The notes below the pieces were generated by a model. The model was not told the DNA's origin, searched no databases, and was given only the letters and a program-made list of their open reading frames with translations. Positions 38,851-45,179 of a stretch of DNA of 45,179 nt are shown here, piece after piece (positions within the stretch are counted from its first letter, which is position 1; every line of letters starts with the position of its first letter). The stretch comes from a virus. The stretch lies in UHGV virus genome UHGV-1374413, one strand, 5' to 3'. A program made the translations under genes and the position numbers.

Positions 38851-38983
38851 TTTCTTTAAGCAACTCTGCAACTGCTCGCAACAGTTCAGGGTTGTTTCTT
38901 GTTTCTAAGTTACTGTTTGCATGTTTTAATAAATTAAGTTTTAATTTGCTTTTTTCTTTAGCTATTTTTAGTTTTTGCAGCAT
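38840..38983 (-). CDS. Small basic hypothetical protein (47 aa) not in the ORF track
   Basis: MLQKLKIAKEKSKLKLNLLKHANSNLETRNNPELLRAVAELLKEISR. RBS AAAGGAGGAAG. Its 3' end overlaps the plus-strand gene convergently. Confidence 0.35.
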   Translation of the reverse strand: MLQKLKIAKEKSKLKLNLLKHANSNLETRNNPELLRAVAELLKEISR

Positions 38984-39021
38984 GTGTTCTTCCTCCTTTA
39001 AGTTGTTTGTTCGATTGTGGG

Positions 39022-39561
39022 TTAAGCGAGTCTTTTTAAGACTTCAAAATCTCCATGCCTTTCAGCAACATCAATTTGATGATCTGTAAGTCTTAAAAAA
39101 TGAGGTGGCATATTTACTAATTCTAGATTTCCTATAAATTCCATAGCTTTTTCGAAGTCGACATGTCTAATTGTTGTGTAAGTAATTGAATTGAAATGTC
39201 TATTAAGTGTCGAATAAATACCTTGAATAAAGTGACAGCGTTTTTTATGGTAAAGTTCTTTAGATACATGTTCTTTGAAAAATTGGTCGGTTAAATAATA
39301 TGAGCGCTCTCCTACTTTTGATTGAATATACTTCCCTTCACCACGACTTAATACGTTGTTTTTTTCATTTTCTTCCATACGTTTATTGAGTCTGTTTTCC
39401 GTATCAATCATTTTGCTTTCAAACTCATTCATTTTTTCATCTTGTTCTTTCATTTTTTTATCGTGCTCTTCCATTTTGATAAAAAGTTCTCTGCTAAATT
39501 CTGCTTGCTGTACTAATTGGTCTGCTTGTCGTCTACTGATATCGATTAAATTTTTAGACAT
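39022..39561 (-). CDS. Hypothetical early protein
   Basis: 179 aa, coiled-coil N-terminus, conserved C-terminal region. Confidence 0.5.
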   Translation of the reverse strand: MSKNLIDISRRQADQLVQQAEFSRELFIKMEEHDKKMKEQDEKMNEFESKMIDTENRLNKRMEENEKNNVLSRGEGKYIQSKVGERSYYLTDQFFKEHVSKELYHKKRCHFIQGIYSTLNRHFNSITYTTIRHVDFEKAMEFIGNLELVNMPPHFLRLTDHQIDVAERHGDFEVLKRLA

Positions 39562-40480
39562 CGATTACATCTCCTTTTGATATTTGTTTGTTCAGTTTTT
39601 GAGATAAATCTAATAAATCATCTGCAATTTTCTTGATAGGTTTAATTGCATATTCGTTACTTAAAATGTATTCATCATGAATGAAGTAAGTCATAGGTGC
39701 GATTTCTTTTATTAGTTCCTCACCTTTTTTAACAAGGTCGTACACTTCTTTTTGGGCCTTTAATCTACGTTGTCCGTCATCTAACTTTCTATTCATATCG
39801 CCTAACGCTTTATTTAATTCATCATATTTCTGCGACTTCTCACTCACTTCATCTCTGCGTTGTTCCATTTCTTTGATGTCTTTTTCTAACTTCTGATTAC
39901 GTTGTTCAATCAGTTTTTGTTGGTGTCTTGATTGAGCGAGCGCATTTTTAGTTTCTTGATAGTCCTCAGGCTCCATATACTTCTCGATAACTTCAGGTTC
40001 TCTACTCTCTGCATCTTCTAGTTGTTTCTTCGCAATCTCTTCTGAACGTTGTGCTTGTTCTACTTGAGATTGGAGTTTGGCATTTTGTTCGTCGCGTTGT
40101 TTGAGTTGTTTCTTTAACTCTCGTAATTCTCGAACAGTCATCTCGTCTGGAGTTTTTGTTTCTCCGTTTGATGTTGTATGTTCTTTGGTACGTTCTGGTT
40201 CGGGGAGAGTCGCGATTTGATAAAGAGCTTCAACACCTAAAGTGTTCGACATCGAACGCTTTTGAAATTCGTCAGATACTTTTATAAATTTTCTAGCTTG
40301 TGAGTCATTAAAGTTTACTGACTTCAACCATTTTGACCATTCTCCATGTACTAAGTCATTTTCTTTCACGTGTTTCAATCTACGACCAATCTCGAAAATA
40401 GATTGACCAGCGATGTTTTGATAACTTTTTATTTCAGTTTCAATTGTGATTAGGTCATTACTCAGTTGTAATTCGTTCAT
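39554..40480 (-). CDS. Putative anti-repressor-like early protein (N-terminal conserved domain + long coiled coil)
   Basis: 308 aa. First gene after cro in the early operon. RBS AGGAGGG. An operator-like site lies immediately upstream. Confidence 0.45.
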   Translation of the reverse strand: MNELQLSNDLITIETEIKSYQNIAGQSIFEIGRRLKHVKENDLVHGEWSKWLKSVNFNDSQARKFIKVSDEFQKRSMSNTLGVEALYQIATLPEPERTKEHTTSNGETKTPDEMTVRELRELKKQLKQRDEQNAKLQSQVEQAQRSEEIAKKQLEDAESREPEVIEKYMEPEDYQETKNALAQSRHQQKLIEQRNQKLEKDIKEMEQRRDEVSEKSQKYDELNKALGDMNRKLDDGQRRLKAQKEVYDLVKKGEELIKEIAPMTYFIHDEYILSNEYAIKPIKKIADDLLDLSQKLNKQISKGDVIDV

Positions 40481-40494
40481 TCCAACCCTCCTGT

Positions 40495-40509
40495 ATCACA
40501 TTTTGTGAT
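40495..40509. promoter_or_regulatory. Operator-like inverted repeat ATCAC-N5-GTGAT (third copy, downstream of cro)
   Basis: ATCACATTTTGTGAT. Confidence 0.45.
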
Positions 40510-40510
40510 A

Positions 40511-40750
40511 TTAATAATTAAAAAAAATATCTTCGACACTAACATCGAAAGTTTTAGCTAAGATTTCCATTTCATAATCGTTGAAAGGATATTTACCTTG
40601 TTCTTTCTGCTCATACTGCCTACGTTGTAAACCTATCAAATTAGCTACATACTCTGTGGTAAACTCTTCAGATAATCTAAGTTTACGCAATTTAGTTTTA
40701 GGTTTTAAATATTTTTCTTTAAGCATTTTCTTTTTATCTGTCGCCGTCAT
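40511..40750 (-). CDS. cro: Cro-like HTH (XRE-family) regulator
   Basis: 79 aa, HTH TEYVANLIGLQRRQYEQKEQGK. Divergent from the repressor gene. Confidence 0.75.
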   Translation of the reverse strand: MTATDKKKMLKEKYLKPKTKLRKLRLSEEFTTEYVANLIGLQRRQYEQKEQGKYPFNDYEMEILAKTFDVSVEDIFFNY

Positions 40751-40784
40751 TTATTATCACCTCCGATGACTGTATATAAACTAT

Positions 40785-40832
40785 ATCACGTTTCGTGATA
40801 CATTTCAAACATTTTTTATCACATTTTGTAAT
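40785..40832. promoter_or_regulatory. Divergent cI/cro promoter-operator region with two ATCAC-N5-GTGAT-type sites
   Basis: ATCACGTTTCGTGAT (40785..40799) and ATCACATTTTGTAAT (40818..40832). Confidence 0.55.
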
Positions 40833-40890
40833 ATTTTTTATTGTTTCCTTATTATAGATGTGTTATATTTATCTCAAGGAGTGATACCAA

Positions 40891-41511
40891 ATGAGCAAAA
40901 ATGTGATAGGAAAAAGAATAAAAGAACTAAGAAAACAGAAAAAACTAACTCAAAATGATCTAAGTAAGTTGACTGGATACAAACAAAATACTATTTCATC
41001 TCATGAAAATGGGACTCGAGGAATAGACGAGATAGATATAATGAACTATTGTGAGGCTCTCGGTGTGACTCCGACAGATTTATTTCAAAAACATGAACAA
41101 CCTCAACTAGAAACCCTACCAGTCAAAAAGATTCCAGTTGTTTCAAAAGTATCTGCTGGCTTACCTATATATAGTGAAGAAAATTTGATTGATTACATAT
41201 ACTTTGCTACTAACAAACTTAATTCTGATAAAGAAGAATTTGGTTTAAAAGTTTCTGGCGATAGTATGGATAAGATTTTCCAAGATGGCGATATCGTTGT
41301 GGTAGAAAAAGACTCTGTTGTTGAAAACGGTCAATTAGGTGTCGTTATGATTAATGGTTATAACGCTACCGTTAAACGTATTAGATACAATGGCGACCAA
41401 ATTATATTAATTCCAGAATCAAATAATCAAAACCATTACCCACAAGTGTATGGCAAAGACGATGAAGTAAAAATAATCGGTAGAGTTGTAGCAAGTCAAA
41501 AACTATTTTAA
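40891..41511 (+). CDS. cI-like repressor (N-terminal XRE HTH + C-terminal S24 LexA-like peptidase domain)
   Basis: 206 aa. HTH LTQNDLSKLTGYKQNTISSHENG. S24-like SGDSMDKIFQDGDIVVV...K catalytic context. Confidence 0.85.
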   Translation: MSKNVIGKRIKELRKQKKLTQNDLSKLTGYKQNTISSHENGTRGIDEIDIMNYCEALGVTPTDLFQKHEQPQLETLPVKKIPVVSKVSAGLPIYSEENLIDYIYFATNKLNSDKEEFGLKVSGDSMDKIFQDGDIVVVEKDSVVENGQLGVVMINGYNATVKRIRYNGDQIILIPESNNQNHYPQVYGKDDEVKIIGRVVASQKLF

Positions 41512-41562
41512 TAAGCGTCCTAGTGGCGCTTTGATATAAATTATTTTAAGGAGAAATGTAGA

Positions 41563-42126
41563 ATGAAAAAAGTCTTATTTATTTTATTATCTTGTTTCTT
41601 AGTTTTAGCGGCATGTAGTAACAACAATAGCAATTCGAAAAAGTCGACTTCCGTTGATGAAAACAAAGTACAATTCACTAATGATACTTTAGTTCTTGAT
41701 CAAGCTGTTTTAAAAATAAAAGACACATTTTTAGTTAACGATAAGGATTCGGATAACGGAAAGAAATTATTAGCATTTAAATACGAGGTTAAAAGTAAAG
41801 ACGGAGATGAACAAATAACGCCAATGAATGTTTGGATTGCGTCAATGGAAGCCGTTCAAGATAGCGAAAATACCGAAAGTAAACTTGAAGTTGGTCCAAC
41901 GCCTAATACTGGTAAATTCGAAGAATGGGACAAACACAACAGCGATGTGATTAAGAAAGGTAAAAGTGCTAAAGGTATTATCACTTATGAGTTAGAAAAT
42001 GATAAGCAAGTAACGCTGAAAGCTACTAAAGGAACAGAAGGCAAAAAACTTGGCAGTAAGAAAATAGATGTCAGTAAATTAAAAACTGTAGATTATTCAG
42101 CTGTTGAAGATATTACAAACAATTAA
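41563..42126 (+). CDS. Prophage lipoprotein 1
   Basis: Signal peptide with lipobox LVLAAC. 187 aa. Same strand as cI and int. Confidence 0.75.
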   Translation: MKKVLFILLSCFLVLAACSNNNSNSKKSTSVDENKVQFTNDTLVLDQAVLKIKDTFLVNDKDSDNGKKLLAFKYEVKSKDGDEQITPMNVWIASMEAVQDSENTESKLEVGPTPNTGKFEEWDKHNSDVIKKGKSAKGIITYELENDKQVTLKATKGTEGKKLGSKKIDVSKLKTVDYSAVEDITNN

Positions 42127-42149
42127 ATATAACAAAGGGGAAATGTAAA

Positions 42150-42788
42150 ATGAAAAAGGTTCTATTTTTAATTTTTGCTAGTTTATTAGTATTAGGTGCA
42201 TGTGGACAAGATGAGGATAACCCGAATAAAGATGATAATAAAAAGTCAGAAAGCAAATCAGATAAAAAGTCTAACGATCCAAAGAAAGATAAGAAATTAG
42301 AAAACAAGGACAAATCAAACAAAAACACTAATGATGATAAACAACAAGTTAGTTCAGATGATAGCAATAATGATACTGCTAACAAAGAATCTGAAAGCAC
42401 ATCTAAAAATGATAATGAGAAAACTCAAAATGCTAACGGTAATATTGAACGTCCAAAGGGTGAAAAGATTCAACCAACTCAACAAAACAACCAACAACAA
42501 GCTAACAATAACCAACAACAAAGTAGCAATCAACAATCACCAAACAACAATGATTATATGACTCAAGATGAAATTAACGAATGGAATAAAAATAAACCTA
42601 CTACACATGACGAATCTCAAATGGGTTATGGTCGTGGAGATTATGAAGCTGCTAAAGAAGCAAGTGAAAAAGTAAGAAACGATCCAAATGCACACGTTGG
42701 TGGTCCCGGTTGGGTTAATGAAAACGAAGGGTATGATAGTTGGAAGCAAAGACAACAAGAAGCACAAGAAGCAGTAGTACAACAATAA
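42150..42788 (+). CDS. Prophage lipoprotein 2 (low-complexity, K/D/N/Q-rich)
   Basis: Lipobox LVLGAC. Long charged/polar repeats, conserved C-terminal GGPGWVNENEGYDSW. Confidence 0.7.
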   Translation: MKKVLFLIFASLLVLGACGQDEDNPNKDDNKKSESKSDKKSNDPKKDKKLENKDKSNKNTNDDKQQVSSDDSNNDTANKESESTSKNDNEKTQNANGNIERPKGEKIQPTQQNNQQQANNNQQQSSNQQSPNNNDYMTQDEINEWNKNKPTTHDESQMGYGRGDYEAAKEASEKVRNDPNAHVGGPGWVNENEGYDSWKQRQQEAQEAVVQQ

Positions 42789-42790
42789 TA

Positions 42791-42830
42791 TTTTTAGGGT
42801 AGCCCGTCTACCCTTATTATTTTTTACCTT
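42791..42830 (+). terminator. Rho-independent terminator after the lipoprotein genes
   Basis: AGGGTAGCCCGTCTACCCT hairpin followed by TATTATTTTTT. Confidence 0.55.
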
Positions 42831-42847
42831 TTTTGAGGAGGGATAAC

Positions 42848-43873
42848 ATGCAAACACGATGTTATGACGGTAAAAAATGGCAATACGAGTTTAAATATGA
42901 GGGTAAGAGATATAGAAAGAAAGGCTTTAGAACGAAACGTGAGGCTAATTCTGCAGGATTAGATAAGTTAAATGAATTAAAACAAGGTATCGAGTACGAA
43001 CCAAATTTAACGTTATACGACTATTTCAAAACTTGGTGCGAAACGTTTAAAAAATCGACGGTAACACCTAAAACCTACAAGTCCTATTCTTCTGCTATGG
43101 AACACATCAATAACCACCCTATTGGTAAGAAAAAGTTAAAAGATATTACGAGATACCACTATCAAGATTTTATTAACGAGTTTTCAAAACATCATTCGAA
43201 AGAATCTATTAGAAAACTAAACGGTTATATTAGAACATCGTTAGATGATGCAGTATACGAAGGGCTTATAGTAAAGAACCCTACCTTTAAAGTTAGTTAT
43301 AGAGCTAGTAACCCAAACAAAAGTGAAGATAGTAAGTATATAAATCTAAAAGATTATGAAGTGTTAAAACAGCATTTGATGACTAAAGACAACGCATCAT
43401 CACTCGTACTATTCATCATGATTTGTACTGGTTGTCGCATAAGTGGTGCTTTGAATCTAAAACGTGAATATATTAACCAAGTTAAAAGCGAAATTTATAT
43501 TGATGAGCATAAAACAGATTCGTCACCACGTTACGTGTCCATTAGTCAAAAAGATATGAACCATATCATTAAGTCTATTAATCAATTACCTAGAACAATT
43601 GACGGAACTATATTTGGTGAACTAACAAACAATGCAGTTAACAAACGTTTAAAAATATATTGTAACAATTTAGGTATCAAAGAAATCACTTCACATGCTT
43701 TACGTCATACTCACTGTTCATATTTATTAGCTAAAGGTATTTCTATATATTACATTTCAAAAAGATTAGGGCATAAAAATATATCAGTAACCACAGAAGT
43801 ATATTCACATTTACTTGAAGAAACATATAAAGAAGAAGATGAAAAAGCAACACAAATAATAAGCGCAATGTGA
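42848..43873 (+). CDS. int: Tyrosine integrase
   Basis: C-terminal catalytic residues in HALRHTHCSYLLAKG...LGH...Y. RBS GAGGAGGG. The ORF-track TTG at 42833 is less likely than the ATG at 42848. Confidence 0.85.
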   Translation: MQTRCYDGKKWQYEFKYEGKRYRKKGFRTKREANSAGLDKLNELKQGIEYEPNLTLYDYFKTWCETFKKSTVTPKTYKSYSSAMEHINNHPIGKKKLKDITRYHYQDFINEFSKHHSKESIRKLNGYIRTSLDDAVYEGLIVKNPTFKVSYRASNPNKSEDSKYINLKDYEVLKQHLMTKDNASSLVLFIMICTGCRISGALNLKREYINQVKSEIYIDEHKTDSSPRYVSISQKDMNHIIKSINQLPRTIDGTIFGELTNNAVNKRLKIYCNNLGIKEITSHALRHTHCSYLLAKGISIYYISKRLGHKNISVTTEVYSHLLEETYKEEDEKATQIISAM

Positions 43874-43875
43874 TT

Positions 43876-44090
43876 TTTAGGGACCCATTAGGGACCCAAA
43901 CCCCCATGAAACCCGTCGTTATAAGGTTTATAGTATCCCTCCCAGGACGCTAATAACCGAAAATTAAACACTTTTCGAAATCAAGAATCCCATAGCGACG
44001 GGGTTCTTTTTATTTTGCCTATTAATAACACACCATATAAAACGAATTTTTAGGGACTTTTTAGGGACCCGAGTCCCTAAATAAAAAACC
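43876..44090. promoter_or_regulatory. attP-arm-like region with repeated TAGGGAC(CC) motifs and an int terminator
   Basis: Five copies of TTAGGGAC, including the palindrome TTTAGGGACCCGAGTCCCTAAA. A hairpin plus T-run lies at ~43986..44020. Confidence 0.4.
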
Positions 44091-44165
44091 ACGCTCATAA
44101 GAACGTGGTTAGTAGAATATAGTATCAATAAGATGTTATTGTTAGGTGTATTATAAAATAAAAAA

Positions 44166-44411
44166 TTAGAAATATCCTTCTATTGCTTTATAACGAACCG
44201 GTCTAATACCACTCTTATCAACATACTTTAATTCTATTAATTTATTCATCAATTTTCTGACTGTTTGCTCCGATACCTTTAAGTAAGCTGACAACTCTTG
44301 AACTGTTGTAGTTTCCTCCAATGAAAAATATTGGATTTGAGCCAGTATAAACATTATACTTTTATGATTATCGGTTAATGATTCAAGAAGTTCATCGTTT
44401 CCAATTTTTTT
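44166..44411 (-). pseudogene. Directly oriented 3' fragment of the Fic-family gene (last ~81 codons incl. C-terminal winged-helix region)
   Basis: 44358..44411 is identical to window 1..54. The minus-strand reading gives KKIGNDELLESLTDNHKSIMFILAQIQYFSLEETTTVQELSAYLKVSEQTVRKLMNKLIELKYVDKSGIRPVRYKAIEGYF*. Confidence 0.6.
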
Positions 44412-45179
44412 GCACAAGGACATTATTGTAAATGAACTTTTTTCTACTAACCAAATCGAAGGGGTTAAAAGTAGTAAGCAAGAAATTGTTAATAGTATGA
44501 AAGAAATAAAAGAAAACCCTAAAAAGGTAGTAAGGTTTAAAAGTATGTTAAATTCGTACTTAGGTATTTTATACGAACAGAATGAATTACCTAAAACTCC
44601 TAAAGATATTAAGAAAATATACAACATGATTGCTGAAGAAGAAGTTAATACAAGTGATAAACTTGATGGGGAATTATTCCGTAAAGACACTGTGAAGGTG
44701 GTTACATCAACTAATAAAATTATACATGAAGGTGTAAATCCTCATGAAAAAATAATTAATCATTTGCAAAAGTTGTTAAATTTTTTAAATACTCCTAACA
44801 ACATAGCATTGGTAATTAAAATTGCTATATCACATTATTATATGGGCTATATCCATCCTTTTTATGACGGGAACGGAAGAACTTCCCGTTTTATTAATAG
44901 CCTATATTTAGACAAAGAATATGATAACCTTACAGCTATTTCTCTATCGCGAGCAATAGACAATAATAAGAAAACTTACTACGATATTTTCGATAAAACA
45001 AATAGTGTGATGAATAAAGGAGAATTAAATTACTTCATCGATAATTTTTTGAAATTTATAAAAGAAGGTCAAAAAGAATTAATTGAAGAATTATCAATGA
45101 AAAAAGCTCAATTACATCATGCGAGCAAAAAAATTGGAAACGATGAACTTCTTGAATCATTAACCGATAATCATAAAAG
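44412..45179 (+). pseudogene. Inverted, 5'-truncated copy of the Fic-family gene (lacks the first ~83 codons); runs off the right edge
   Basis: Exact reverse complement of window 1..~770. Contains HPFYDGNGRTSR. No start codon or RBS at its 5' end. Confidence 0.7.

Noticed and set aside
44166-44690. 174-aa minus-strand ORF in the track
   Set aside because: It is a chimera. Only 44166..44411 is a genuine Fic 3' fragment. The upstream 93 codons are antisense to the inverted Fic copy.

Overview
The window holds one essentially complete ~43 kb temperate siphovirus prophage (about 1017..44165) with Staphylococcus phi11/80alpha-like gene order, low GC, lipobox lipoproteins and SH3b lysin repeats, lying inverted in this window. 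Nearly all phage genes are on the minus strand, in this order from right to left. Integrase (+), two lipoproteins (+) and a cI-like repressor (+) sit at the right end. A divergent cro follows, with ATCAC-N5-GTGAT operator sites. The early region runs leftwards through anti-repressor-like genes, a recombination/replication module (single-strand annealing protein, SSB, replisome organizer with internal iterons, DnaB helicase, RusA), an HNH endonuclease, a nucleoside deoxyribosyltransferase, dUTPase and a RinA/ArpU-like late activator. Packaging and head genes come next (TerS, TerL, portal, minor head, scaffold, major capsid), then head-tail connectors and the major tail protein. The tail module continues with the G/GT chaperone pair, tape measure, Dit, Tal N-terminus, a baseplate protein with an M14 carboxypeptidase domain, a BppU-like fiber, an XhlA-like protein plus a membrane protein, a CHAP/glucosaminidase tail hydrolase split by a 245-nt group I intron, and a collagen-like fiber. 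Holin and an Amidase_2-CHAP-SH3b endolysin close the left end. The prophage is flanked by a Fic-family (HPFxxGNGR) gene present as a perfect inverted repeat: the intact copy on the minus strand at 1..1016, and a 5'-truncated inverted copy at about 44410..45179. The inverted copy is joined through a 5-bp microhomology to a directly oriented 246-bp Fic 3' fragment at 44166..44411. No tRNA, rRNA or CRISPR array was seen. Hand-derived coordinates may be off by 1-2 nt.
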